From positions 32,001-96,000 of the forward strand of contig JBCCWC010000009.1 in NCBI GenBank assembly GCA_039194325.1: a DNA stretch of 64,000 nt, written 5' to 3'. The translations under genes were made by a program, and so were the position numbers. The notes under the pieces were generated by a model. It was not told the origin of the DNA. It saw only the letters and a list, made by a program, of their open reading frames with translations, and made no database searches. This DNA is from Myxococcota bacterium. GTDB lineage: Bacteria; Myxococcota_A; Polyangia; Nannocystales; Nannocystaceae. Position 1 is the first letter of the stretch. Each line of letters begins with the position of its first letter. This document shows positions 9,939 to 19,955 of the stretch, in pieces.

Positions 9939-10613
9939 ATGACCACGACAAAGGACGACACGCGGCTGGTCGAGGCGGCGATGCGCCACGCGCCCGGATC
10001 TCGCCGACGCCTCGCCCGGCGACTGCTCGATGTGATCCTCCCGGAGGTCTCCGCGTGCCTTCGGCGCCAGGCATGGGCCGTGGGCCGTGACCCCCGCCAG
10101 GACGTCCGGGATCTATCCCAGGACGTCTTGATCACGCTGCTCGAACACGACGCTCGAGAGCTGCGACGCTGGGATCCCGAGCGCGGACGTAACCTCGACA
10201 ACTTCGTACGCCTCGTCGCACGCCGCCGAGTGGCCCGGATCCTCGACCAGCGCCGGGGCAACCCCTGGGCCGACGTGCCGATCGATCCCCAGGACATCGA
10301 AGACGACCCCCTGGCCGATGAACGGGCGGTCAACCTCGCCCGCCAGCTCGAGCAACGCAACGAGCTCGGGGCCGTGCTCGACGCGCTCTATGCACGGATG
10401 GGAGAACGGGACCTTCGGCTGTTCGACCTGCTCTTCGTCCAGGAATGTGAGCCTCAGGAGGTGGCCTCGAGCCTCGGAATGACCCGACAAGCGGTCAACG
10501 CATGGAGCTATCGCACCCGCAAGCTAGCCCGACGATTAATTACGAAGACCGGCGATCTTCGTGCGTCGTCCAAGAGCACCTCACCGTCAAGAGAACATCG
10601 CAAGCATGGATGA
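9939..10613 (+). CDS. ECF-type sigma-70 family sigma factor
   Basis: Region 2-like DVRDLSQDVLITL...WDPERG; region 4 HTH EVASSLGMTRQAV; ATG at 9939. Confidence 0.85.
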   Translation: MTTTKDDTRLVEAAMRHAPGSRRRLARRLLDVILPEVSACLRRQAWAVGRDPRQDVRDLSQDVLITLLEHDARELRRWDPERGRNLDNFVRLVARRRVARILDQRRGNPWADVPIDPQDIEDDPLADERAVNLARQLEQRNELGAVLDALYARMGERDLRLFDLLFVQECEPQEVASSLGMTRQAVNAWSYRTRKLARRLITKTGDLRASSKSTSPSREHRKHG

Positions 10614-11400
10614 GCTTCTGGATACGCTCGGGCGCCATCAACGAAACGCGCTCGCCGAGACCCCGGGCCCGCCGGGCACCGACGCGCTCGACGCCGCCTC
10701 GCGGGAGGCCATGCTCGACGCCGTGCTCGCCCACCTCGACCCACAGGACGAGTCCGAGCCCCCGCGGCACGAAAGTCCGATCCCGACGCCACCCGCCGAC
10801 CCCACGCCACACGTGGCCTCAGTAGTCACACTCGATCCACGCACTCCCGCGTCGCACGGATCAGCCAACGCCCCGCCGACGTCCGCAGACCCCTCGAGCC
10901 CGGGGCGCCGCGCGGTCCGGTGGCTCGCCCCCCTCGCCGCCGCCGCCATGCTCCTGGTCTGGTGGCGAGTCCGCCCCAACGACGCCCCGTCGCTCGACCC
11001 GCTACCCGACTATGCGCTCACCCTCCGACATGGAGGACTCACCACGACCCGCTCGAGCGCGTCGAGCGATCGACTCCCCACGTTCCATCCTAAAAGCCCG
11101 GTCGACTGGGTGCTCACGCCGAGCTGGTCGGTTACGGACTCGCTGGCAATGGCGATCCAGGCCACCTCCCCGACGCAGACCACCGTGTTCGTGGACCGCG
11201 TCGATGTGCAGATCTCCGCCGATGGCGCGATCCGGCTCCGTGGTCGCCTCGACCAGTTCATCACCCTCGCACCGGGCCCGTGGACCCTGACCCTGTTCAT
11301 CGCCTCCCCCGATCAGCTCCCGGCCGGCCCGCAGCAGGCCAAGGATCCTTCGACCTGGCGCACGGTAACGCTCGAGCTGATGATCACTGCCGCTCCGTGA
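10606..11400 (+). CDS. Putative single-pass anti-sigma-like protein
   Basis: Overlaps the sigma gene stop; short N-terminal helix, Pro-rich linker, TM (WLAPLAAAAMLLVWW), beta-rich extracytoplasmic domain. Confidence 0.65.
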   Translation: MDELLDTLGRHQRNALAETPGPPGTDALDAASREAMLDAVLAHLDPQDESEPPRHESPIPTPPADPTPHVASVVTLDPRTPASHGSANAPPTSADPSSPGRRAVRWLAPLAAAAMLLVWWRVRPNDAPSLDPLPDYALTLRHGGLTTTRSSASSDRLPTFHPKSPVDWVLTPSWSVTDSLAMAIQATSPTQTTVFVDRVDVQISADGAIRLRGRLDQFITLAPGPWTLTLFIASPDQLPAGPQQAKDPSTWRTVTLELMITAAP

Positions 11401-14081
11401 GGCGAAGACGGTGGATCGCACTGGCCCTGCTGCTACTCGCCCGGCCCGAGCCCGTGGCCGAGAAACCACGTTCGGCAACCCCGGTCGTGGAACGCCCAAC
11501 GATCGAGCTGGCGGGATGCCTCCACGTCGACCCCGACATGGGTACCTGTCATCGACGCGCGGACCAGACAACACCGCTTTGGATCTGGATCGATGTCGAT
11601 GCCCAGACGCCCCTACGGATCTGGGCGGACGATGAGCCCTGGCCCCTACTCGAGCGCGTCACCGTCGATGGCGGACAACGACTACGGCTGTCGCTGCCCG
11701 CGACCGTCGCTCGCCTCCGGATCGAAGCGCAAGCGCCACGCTGGCGCGAGCCCTTCGAGCTGCTCCTCGTCGCCGAGCATGAGCCCGGCACGGTCGCGAC
11801 GGCCCGGCAGCTGCCCGAGTCGGCCGCGGTCGAGTCGCTCGTGGCTGCGCTCGACGGCCGGCAGGGAGCCGAGCGCCTCGCGATCCTGCACGCGCTGCAC
11901 AAACAGGCGGGCAACGAGGCGCGGCTGGCCCACGCGGAGGCCGCCGCCGAGCTCGCCGAGGCCCTCGGACGACCCCGCGAGTTCGTGGAGAGTGCCACCA
12001 CCGCCCTATACCTGCACGCGATCGACCGCAACGACCTGGTGGCCGCGCGACGCTGGATCGACAGGCTGGCGCAGGCACAAGAGGATCCCACCGCCCGGGT
12101 CCTGATCCATTATTACCGCGGGGTGCTGGCCACCCGAACCGGGGATCTGGGCTCCGCGATCCAAGCCTTCGACGACGCCGGCCGACTCGCCGAGCGGCTG
12201 GGTATGACCGCCCACTGGCTCGGCGCCCGTCAGATGCACGCGACCCTACTGGCCGAGATCGGTCGCGGCCGCGAGGCCCTCAAGAGCGCCCGGCAGGCTC
12301 TCGCCGGCGCGCGCGACCCGGCCCTGCCCTGCTCCGAGCGCCAACACGCCTTGGGCAACGTCGCGTGGGCCCAGCTGATGCTCGCGCAAGCGGGGCTCGA
12401 TCACGATCCGCCCCGGCCGCTGATGCGCGAGCAGCTGGCGCTGCTCGAGCCCGGCGCGGAGTGTCCCGATCCCGCGGACGAAGCGTGGGTGCGGATCAAC
12501 CTCGCCCTCGCCGCGCTCGTGGATGCGGAGCCCGAGGAGGCCTGGGCGTGGCTGGAGCAGGGGCAGCTGCAGCCAGTGCCGAGCTGGCTGCGCGGGTGGT
12601 TCTCCGAGATCCGCGCCCAGATCGGACTCGAGACCGGGCGCATGGAACTGCTGCCGCCGCTGGTCCGTACCGAGCGCTCCGACGCCGAGCTGAGCCTGCG
12701 CTGGGCCGCCGCGATCCGCACCGCACGAACCTTCGAACGCTTCGGGCTCGTGGACGCAGCGGTAGACGCCTACCTCGACGCCGAACGGATCCTCGACCAA
12801 GAGAGCTCGACACTCGGCGTCGACGTAGGGGGACAAGAGCTGTTCCTGGCCGGGCGACAGGCCAGCGCACAGGGCCTGGTCACCCTGCTGGTCGAGCAAG
12901 GACGCCGAGCCGAGGCCCTGTGCCGCGCTCGCCTCGCTCACGGCCGCGAGCTGCGGTCGATCGATCAGACCGCCCGGTTAGCGGGCCTCTCCCCCCACCA
13001 CCGCCAGCGTCGCCGTGCATTGCTCGAGCAGTTCGTGACCCTGCGCGACCAGCTCGAGGACGAGCGCCGCGGCGACTGGGCGCTGTCGGCCCCCAAGCGC
13101 GAGCGCCGGGTCGAGCGACGTCGGCTCCGTATGCGTGAGGCCGCCGCGCTGCTCGACGAGGCCGTGCGCCTGCTCGGGGCCGAGCCCACCGCCCACGACT
13201 GCGCCGCGCTGACCCCTCCCGCGCCCGGAGAGCTCTTGCTGTTGCCCTTCGACGGATCCAGCCAGTCCTGGCTGCTCCTCGCCGACACCGAGGGGGTCGT
13301 CGTCGAGCCGTTTTCCTCCGGTGGGCTCGCCGACGCTCTGGCCCGACAGACGAGCCGGGTCACCCGCGCCGAACGCCTGCGCGTGCTCCCCAGCGCTCAC
13401 TCCTCGCTCCACGCCCTGCCCTTCGAGCAGGGCGTGCTGCTCGACGTGGCCCCCGTGGTCTACTCGCTCGACCTGCCCGCACGCCCCCCCAAAGCCGGTG
13501 CGGAGCCGGTCGCGGTGGTCGTGGCCGATCCCTCCGAGAACCTGTCGGAGGCCCGGGCCGAGGCCGCCGTCGTCGCCCGGCGCCTGAGCACGCAGGGCTG
13601 GGCCGTCGGCCACTACGAGGGACGTACGGCTACGCGCGCCCGAGTCACCGCCGCGATGACCGACGCCGCGCTGTTTCACTATGCCGGCCACGGGATCCAC
13701 CGCGGCCCGAGCGGCTGGGACGGCGCGCTCTTGCTCGGTGACGGCGACAGCCTCGGCGTCATCGACATCCTTGCCCTGCCCCGGGTGCCGGCTGAGGTGG
13801 TGCTCTGCGGCTGCGAGACCGCCTCGGTCAGCGCGCGCACCCGTGCCGGCGGGATGAACCTCAGCCGCGCGTTCGTGCTCTCCGGCGCCCGGTGGGTGAT
13901 CGCCGCCGAAGGGGTGGTCGACGACGCTCTGGCCCGGGAGGTCGGGCAAGCCCTCTATGCCGAGCTGCCCGCCGGTCGCGCCTCGATCGACGGCGCATCT
14001 GCACTACGACGGATCCTCTTGCCGCTCGCCGGCCAAGACCCCACCGGCGGCTGGGCGCGTTTTCATGTGGTCGTGCCCTGA
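11397..14081 (+). CDS. CHAT (caspase-like) domain protein with TPR-like region and N-terminal export signal
   Basis: Catalytic His and Cys motifs FHYAGHG and VLCGCET; VVADP; AFVLSGARWV; GTGA overlap with upstream gene; RRRRWIALALLLLA signal. Confidence 0.9.
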   Translation: MRRRRWIALALLLLARPEPVAEKPRSATPVVERPTIELAGCLHVDPDMGTCHRRADQTTPLWIWIDVDAQTPLRIWADDEPWPLLERVTVDGGQRLRLSLPATVARLRIEAQAPRWREPFELLLVAEHEPGTVATARQLPESAAVESLVAALDGRQGAERLAILHALHKQAGNEARLAHAEAAAELAEALGRPREFVESATTALYLHAIDRNDLVAARRWIDRLAQAQEDPTARVLIHYYRGVLATRTGDLGSAIQAFDDAGRLAERLGMTAHWLGARQMHATLLAEIGRGREALKSARQALAGARDPALPCSERQHALGNVAWAQLMLAQAGLDHDPPRPLMREQLALLEPGAECPDPADEAWVRINLALAALVDAEPEEAWAWLEQGQLQPVPSWLRGWFSEIRAQIGLETGRMELLPPLVRTERSDAELSLRWAAAIRTARTFERFGLVDAAVDAYLDAERILDQESSTLGVDVGGQELFLAGRQASAQGLVTLLVEQGRRAEALCRARLAHGRELRSIDQTARLAGLSPHHRQRRRALLEQFVTLRDQLEDERRGDWALSAPKRERRVERRRLRMREAAALLDEAVRLLGAEPTAHDCAALTPPAPGELLLLPFDGSSQSWLLLADTEGVVVEPFSSGGLADALARQTSRVTRAERLRVLPSAHSSLHALPFEQGVLLDVAPVVYSLDLPARPPKAGAEPVAVVVADPSENLSEARAEAAVVARRLSTQGWAVGHYEGRTATRARVTAAMTDAALFHYAGHGIHRGPSGWDGALLLGDGDSLGVIDILALPRVPAEVVLCGCETASVSARTRAGGMNLSRAFVLSGARWVIAAEGVVDDALAREVGQALYAELPAGRASIDGASALRRILLPLAGQDPTGGWARFHVVVP

Positions 14082-14148
14082 GCAGACCCGAGCAGCCGCA
14101 GCGTCATCGAAGGCTCGACCGACGACAACAAATGAAGTGCAGGCCGCC

Positions 14149-16140
14149 ATGCGCTCGTCCACGACCCCCAAGACTGCCCTGTCCACCCTCGTGCTGCTCG
14201 CTTCGTTGGGCTGCGCACTAAAGACCGAGCAGGGACCCGAGCTCGAACCCGAGCCTCGCTCGAACCAGGCGGACCAAGACACACACGACATACTCCAGGC
14301 CGCGACATGCACCCCAGATCATAGGATCGCGTTCGTGCCCGGCCTGGGCGGCGGACCCTGCCCCGCCGCGACCTACTGGATCCCCAGCACGCTGTTTTTG
14401 GGGTCGATGGCCGCGCTCGGCAATTACTGCCTCTATGACTACGACCACCTGGGAGCCCCCCCGTTCTCACCGGCGCTCAGCCCCCTGAGCATCGACGCGA
14501 TCACCACCGATCACGCGGCCGATTGCAACGTGGTGCTGACGCAAGACGACGGCTCCTCGCCGGGCAGCGCCCCCTTGGCCTACGAGCCGATGCTCCGCGA
14601 CGCACTGCACGACGCGCTCAACCGCCTCGATGCCGACGAACTCGACCTCTTGCACTCCGAGTCGGGACGCTCCGCGGTCCAGATCGCCATCGTCGACACG
14701 ATCCCCACGGAGATCCCTGATCCGCCCTACTCGCGGCACGGCGAGGACATGGCCTCCTTCGCCGAGGACATCGCCTGCCCCGCCGGGGACGGGGCCACCT
14801 GTGCGGTCGACGTTCGGTACGCATTGGGGCTGCCCCTACGTGACGACGGCGAGATCGACTTCGTCAACGGCGGCGTCCGGGGTGCGCACCGTCACCTCGC
14901 CCAAGCGATCTACGACGCCGTAAAGGCCGCGCCCGCCAACACCAAGCGCATCATCAACCTCAGCGTGGGCTGGGACACCTCGATCTACGGCGGTCCGGGG
15001 CACGGCGAACCCACCAACATCAGAGCCGTCCGAGCCGCGCTCGAGCACGCCTACTGCCACGGCGCGATCATCATCGCCGCCGCCGGCAATTCCACGCCGA
15101 GCTGCACCACGGGACCGCTGTCCCCGGGGGCCTTCGAGCAATGGCCAGCCCCCGACGCCGCCCGCTGCGCGGAGCTGGGGGCACCGAGTCTCATGGCCCC
15201 GGCGAGCTACCGACCGCTGGTCTATGCGGTGGGTGGGGTGGACTTCGGCGACACCACGCCGCCCTCCATGGATCGAGGTGGCATGCCGCGGCTGGCCGCC
15301 ACCGCCAAGCATGCCGTGCCCGGGACCTTGCGGCTCCCCGTCACGGGGACGTCGGTCTCGGCGGCCGTGACCTCGGGGACGGCCGCGCTGCTGTGGTCGT
15401 TCTTTCCCGGGATGAGCTCCACCCAGATCATGCAGACGATCTATGACGGGGCGACGACCCTGGAATCGAGCGCCGACTTCACGGGGCCTGGGGATGACAT
15501 GAGCACGACCGTGCGGCGCCTGAACATCTGCTCGGCCTTTGCGCTGGCTCAGACGAAACACACCGGGGCCCTCACCACTCCCTTGACCTGCCCGACCCCG
15601 TCGCCCGAGACACTGCTCGATTTCTCCTTCGGCTACGAGACTGCCGACGATCCGACCTCCATGACCTTCGCGTCGACCGTAGAGACTCCGTGTGAGGTCA
15701 GCTGTATCGAAGGCTTCGAACAGCCGGCCGATGGCTTCATGGGTCCGACGTGCCCCGATCCAGAGCCGATCGTCGATCGCTACTTTCGGCCGCAGCCCAG
15801 CAAGCCCCCGTGCCCTCGGTGCGTCATCGCCACCAATGACGGCGCCGCCGCCGAAGCCCCCCAGCTGAGCATCTACGCCGCACTCCACGAGGACTACGAG
15901 GGCTACGCCGTAGAAGGCGTCAACGTCACGCTCTACGAAGGCGACACGCCGACTCGTCTACGCCTGGGCGCGATCTCGTTGTCGACCGACTCGACCACCC
16001 GGATCGATCTGGGGATCTCACCGACCGAGCTGGACATCAGGGCGGCGGAGATCGAGCTCTTGCTGTCGAAGGCCGGGGAACCGGGAGAGTCGGGCACGTC
16101 GGAGCGACGCTCGAACGATCTGCTGCTGGATCTACCGTAG
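14149..16140 (+). CDS. S8 subtilase-family lipoprotein peptidase
   Basis: Lipobox SLGC; Asp (IAIVDT), His (HGEDM), IINLSVG, oxyanion AAAGN, Ser (GTSVSAAVTSG). Confidence 0.88.
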   Translation: MRSSTTPKTALSTLVLLASLGCALKTEQGPELEPEPRSNQADQDTHDILQAATCTPDHRIAFVPGLGGGPCPAATYWIPSTLFLGSMAALGNYCLYDYDHLGAPPFSPALSPLSIDAITTDHAADCNVVLTQDDGSSPGSAPLAYEPMLRDALHDALNRLDADELDLLHSESGRSAVQIAIVDTIPTEIPDPPYSRHGEDMASFAEDIACPAGDGATCAVDVRYALGLPLRDDGEIDFVNGGVRGAHRHLAQAIYDAVKAAPANTKRIINLSVGWDTSIYGGPGHGEPTNIRAVRAALEHAYCHGAIIIAAAGNSTPSCTTGPLSPGAFEQWPAPDAARCAELGAPSLMAPASYRPLVYAVGGVDFGDTTPPSMDRGGMPRLAATAKHAVPGTLRLPVTGTSVSAAVTSGTAALLWSFFPGMSSTQIMQTIYDGATTLESSADFTGPGDDMSTTVRRLNICSAFALAQTKHTGALTTPLTCPTPSPETLLDFSFGYETADDPTSMTFASTVETPCEVSCIEGFEQPADGFMGPTCPDPEPIVDRYFRPQPSKPPCPRCVIATNDGAAAEAPQLSIYAALHEDYEGYAVEGVNVTLYEGDTPTRLRLGAISLSTDSTTRIDLGISPTELDIRAAEIELLLSKAGEPGESGTSERRSNDLLLDLP

Positions 16141-16210
16141 AATCGCGAAGAGCGCGTAGACCGCTCGGCCCACGCGCTCTTCGCTTGCCTCGGGATGGAC
16201 CAGACGCCCG

Positions 16211-16957
16211 CTACACGAGTGAGACCGCGGGCCGGGGAGCCTCGGCGCCGTCGAGGGGGTGGAAGCCCGGGCGCAGGTAGGCCAAACCGTGGCGAACGAA
16301 GCGACCACAGAAATTCTCGTCGACGAACAGAAACCGGAACGCGATGACGTAGGTGGATAGCCGCAGTGGGCCCCCCCGCTGAACCGAGAGCCAAGCGGTG
16401 AGCGACAGCAAGCTGGTGGTGTACACGACCATCGCGAGCGCTCCGGTGAGGACACGGGCCATGTAGCCAACGCCCATGAACGCGGCGACGTCGTGGAGCA
16501 CCGCGCGGTGCTCGATCACCTCGACGAAGTGCCGCCGTAGCATGCCGGCCACCGGGGGCTCGACGCCCTCCAGACGCTCGGGATCGCTGAGCACGATCTG
16601 CGCCATCATCACCTTGAAGTGCTCGACGCCCACCAGACCGAGCAACATCCACCGCAGCTTCAGCAGTCGCGTGAAGATCCAATCGTGGAGCAGCCGCAGC
16701 ATCGTTTGCACGAGCCGCACCCGAAGACCCCGTGCCTCGAGCGCCGGGCGCACCGTGTCGCGCGCGACCTCATGATCGACCTCCCGAGCCACCCACCCGC
16801 TCAGTCGCTCCGACACGTCTCCTCGGGTCACCAGTCGATAGCGACGAGCGATGCGCATGAATCGGCTCTCGTCCGACAACAGCAGCGCATAAGCTCGGTA
16901 GAGATCGGCCCGAAGGTCATCCGAGGATCGGGCTACTGACTCATTCGTGGTTCTCAT
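16211..16957 (-). CDS. Divergent ferritin-like 'predicted metal-dependent hydrolase' (PF10118-like), paralog 1
   Basis: EHFK, HFVEVIEHRAVLHD and YLRPGFHP resemble family motifs EHFT, WHxxEExEH+xVxxD and YxxPxFHP. Confidence 0.7.
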   Translation of the reverse strand: MRTTNESVARSSDDLRADLYRAYALLLSDESRFMRIARRYRLVTRGDVSERLSGWVAREVDHEVARDTVRPALEARGLRVRLVQTMLRLLHDWIFTRLLKLRWMLLGLVGVEHFKVMMAQIVLSDPERLEGVEPPVAGMLRRHFVEVIEHRAVLHDVAAFMGVGYMARVLTGALAMVVYTTSLLSLTAWLSVQRGGPLRLSTYVIAFRFLFVDENFCGRFVRHGLAYLRPGFHPLDGAEAPRPAVSLV

Positions 16958-17340
16958 GAGTGGTTTTCGAGGCTCCGAGCGTAGGAGTATCGATGAAGGC
17001 AGATCTTATTCAGCCCGATGACCGATTAACCGCACGACCCGAACCCCAATGGTTTCAGACACTTCCCAACGAGAGCGAGCACCCTTCGATGCTCACTCCC
17101 GACCGCCACCCCAGCGATGAACCCGAGCGGTGTGTGCCTAATGTACACCGCGGAACAACAACGGTTACATGCCCGTTCGTCCGCCGCTCAACGAGCGCAG
17201 GCGCTCACGCCTCGGACCGCATCACGCTTGCCGCCGCCACCGCCGGCCATCATGCCCGCGCCACGAGACCTCCTGCCTGCCCACAAAACCTCCGGCCTCA
17301 CGAGCGGACGAGCCTACGGGATCTCGCTCGCGAGGACTCA

Positions 17341-18087
17341 CTAAGCGGGGGAGATTGCGATGGGCGCACTCGTGGGCCGAGCGACAGGATGAAAACCAGG
17401 GCGCAGATAGCCCAACCCGTAGCGGACGAGATGAATCAAGAATTTCTCGTCGATGAACAGGAACCGGAACGCCTGCACGTAGGTCGGAGGCCAAAACATG
17501 CGACCCTGCTGGAACGACAGCCATCCGGTCAGCAAAGAGAGGCTCGCGGTATAGGCGAACATCGCGATCCATCCCGTGAGCACACGCGCCACGTAGCCAA
17601 AGCCCACGAAGATCGCGACGTCGTGCACCACGCCACGATGCTCGACAACCTCGACGAAGTGCCTTTGCAGCAGGCCACCCATTGACCGGTCGGTACTCTC
17701 TAGATAACGCGGATCCTCCAGGGCCATCTCCGCCATCATGACCTTGAAGTGCTCGATCCCCATCAGGCCCAACAGCTTCCAACGCAGCGGAAGCAAACGC
17801 ATGAACACCCAATCATTGAGTCGCTGCAGCACCGTCCGCGCGAGCCGAAATCGAAGCCTTCGATTCTCAAGTACTGGGTGCACCGTTTTACGCGCGATCC
17901 CGGGATCGACCTCTCGAGCCACCCACTGACCAAGCCGCTCGCGCAAGTCCCCGCGTGCGAGCAAGAAGTACCTGCGGGCAATGCGCATACACCAGTTCTC
18001 GCCCGACAAGAGCAGCGCATACGCGCCGTAGAGATCCGCCCGAAAATCATCGGCGGGCAGTTCGTTCTGTTCGTTTCCGTGTTCCAT
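17341..18087 (-). CDS. Divergent ferritin-like 'predicted metal-dependent hydrolase' (PF10118-like), paralog 2
   Basis: Same length (248 aa) and collinear with paralog 1; EHFK, HFVEVVEHRGVVHD, YLRPGFHP. Confidence 0.7.
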   Translation of the reverse strand: MEHGNEQNELPADDFRADLYGAYALLLSGENWCMRIARRYFLLARGDLRERLGQWVAREVDPGIARKTVHPVLENRRLRFRLARTVLQRLNDWVFMRLLPLRWKLLGLMGIEHFKVMMAEMALEDPRYLESTDRSMGGLLQRHFVEVVEHRGVVHDVAIFVGFGYVARVLTGWIAMFAYTASLSLLTGWLSFQQGRMFWPPTYVQAFRFLFIDEKFLIHLVRYGLGYLRPGFHPVARPTSAPIAISPA

Positions 18088-18300
18088 AGCGTGTCCAGGG
18101 ACCCCTTAGGGATGGCCCAAAACGGGCTTAGCTTCCGCGAAAAATTTTCTTAAACATAAAAATCTCCAATAAATAATTTCTGCTAGATGCACGCGTTCGC
18201 GTTCTAGCGGAGCGTTCGTTATTGAATCCGCTTGTCTCTAAGTATTACCCTGACATACAGATCGTCAAATCAACTATATTTCGTTGACATCAAAATCAAC

Positions 18301-18319
18301 GCAATTTCACTGAAATTGC
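18301..18319. promoter_or_regulatory. Perfect inverted repeat GCAATTTCA-C-TGAAATTGC in an AT-rich intergenic region (candidate operator)
   Basis: 9-bp arms, 1-bp spacer; adjacent CGTTGA-N8-TCAACG at 18282-18301. Confidence 0.55.
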
Positions 18320-18415
18320 CTTTCAATATCACTTTGCTCTGCGATTCGGTCCTAATGCGTGCGCTCACTAACAGGTAGCGGCTTTTGCGCAAATCGAGAC
18401 TCCGCCCAAGGCGGC

Positions 18416-19948
18416 TCATTGCGCAGACGCCGCTTCTACTCGTCGGAACATCAGCCAGTGGAGCTTTGGCGCAATCTCGGCGTCGTAGAGCACGTAGGGT
18501 GCACGCCCTGCCTTGATCTCCTGCAACAGCAGCCAGTCGGCAAAGAACCCAGCCTTGGTCTCGGCCAGAGTGCGCCACGGCACATCGCGAACCATGGTGG
18601 TCACGATGAGATCGGGAGCCTGCTCCAGGACCCACTCGGTGGCGTAACGCTCATGGCCCAGCCAATGGCGACGCATGAGCTCTGCCGGCACGCGTCCGCC
18701 GAACCGCGCCACCTCACGACTGGTGATCCCGACCAGGTCGAGGGTGCGCAGACCAGAACGATGCGCCATGGCTCCCACGGGGACGGTCGCGATCGTCTGG
18801 CCGGCATGGTGCTCGGCCAACCACTCGCCGACCGCAGCCCAGCGCGTGACGTTGGCAAAGCCATGACCGGGGGCGAGCTCGTGACGCCGCTGAGCCCGCC
18901 CCGCCGCCAGGGCCGCCGGCAGCAGGATCGCGACCGTGCGTAGCCAGGCACGGCGCTCGATCCGAGCGGCCAACGAGCACAGGCCACACCCCGCCAGCGC
19001 CACCAACATGGGGACCAGGGGAAAGGCCAGGCGGCTGTAGACGAAGTGGTCGCCGCCGGTGCGCAAGAAGTACAGGCACCAAAGCAGCGCCCCACCCAGC
19101 AGGTAGGCGTGCTCGCGACGGTGGGACCGACCGAGCAGCGCCAAGGGAGCAAGCACGGCAAAGGGAAAGTCGTCGACGACCTGCAGCAGGTAGGCCGCGC
19201 CGAGCCGGGCATGCACAACAGTTCCGCCGGCCTTGGCCCAGTAGGTGTTGGGCAACAGCTCCCCGAAGACCGCGTAGCGAGCAATGCTGACGAGCCCTAG
19301 CGCTCCCACCACCCCCAGCACCGCCCAACGCCGGCGCACCCAGGGCAAAAGCGGCAGCAGCAGCACGAACACGCCGTGCTCTGGCCGCACGAGCACCCCC
19401 ACCACGGCCCAGGTGCAGGTCCACGCCATGTCGCGACGCAGCACGGCCCGGGCCTGCGCCACCACGATCGCGGCTGCGAGGCCCGTCTCGAGACCGCTGA
19501 CCGCGTTGAGCAGCACGTAGTCGTCCAGGCTCAGCACCAGTGCGATCGCGGCGGCGGCCGCCAGCCCGGGGCTCCGGGCGATCCCCAGACGCCACCCGCC
19601 GCGCCCCAGCGGGACCCGGATCGAAAGCCCGAGCGCCACCCCCAAGCACACGGGGCCCAGGACCTGCGACCAGGCCTCCACGTCGCCGCTCAGCTGGGCC
19701 CCGAGCCATAAGAGCGCGAGATACAAAGGAGAGGTGAAGCCCTCGACGGGAGGATCGCCACAGTTGAAGGTGGGGCCGCAGCCCGCCTGAAGGTTGTCGG
19801 CGTAGCGAAAGTAAATGTACGCGTCGTCGTAGATCGAAAACGAGTGCTCGACGACGAAGTGGACCAGCATGCCCACACAGGCCACGACCAGGGCCCAGCC
19901 GGCGACCGCACGCCAGTCTCGTGACGATGGAGACGAGCCCGATTCCAT
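18416..19948 (-). CDS. Multi-pass membrane protein, GT-C glycosyltransferase-like
   Basis: DDAYIYFRYA..L..G.G..FN.G..PVEGFTSPLY motif after the first TM; SGLET, RPE and PNTYWAK motifs; many TM segments. Confidence 0.7.
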   Translation of the reverse strand: MESGSSPSSRDWRAVAGWALVVACVGMLVHFVVEHSFSIYDDAYIYFRYADNLQAGCGPTFNCGDPPVEGFTSPLYLALLWLGAQLSGDVEAWSQVLGPVCLGVALGLSIRVPLGRGGWRLGIARSPGLAAAAAIALVLSLDDYVLLNAVSGLETGLAAAIVVAQARAVLRRDMAWTCTWAVVGVLVRPEHGVFVLLLPLLPWVRRRWAVLGVVGALGLVSIARYAVFGELLPNTYWAKAGGTVVHARLGAAYLLQVVDDFPFAVLAPLALLGRSHRREHAYLLGGALLWCLYFLRTGGDHFVYSRLAFPLVPMLVALAGCGLCSLAARIERRAWLRTVAILLPAALAAGRAQRRHELAPGHGFANVTRWAAVGEWLAEHHAGQTIATVPVGAMAHRSGLRTLDLVGITSREVARFGGRVPAELMRRHWLGHERYATEWVLEQAPDLIVTTMVRDVPWRTLAETKAGFFADWLLLQEIKAGRAPYVLYDAEIAPKLHWLMFRRVEAASAQ

Positions 19949-19955
19949 ACCGTCT

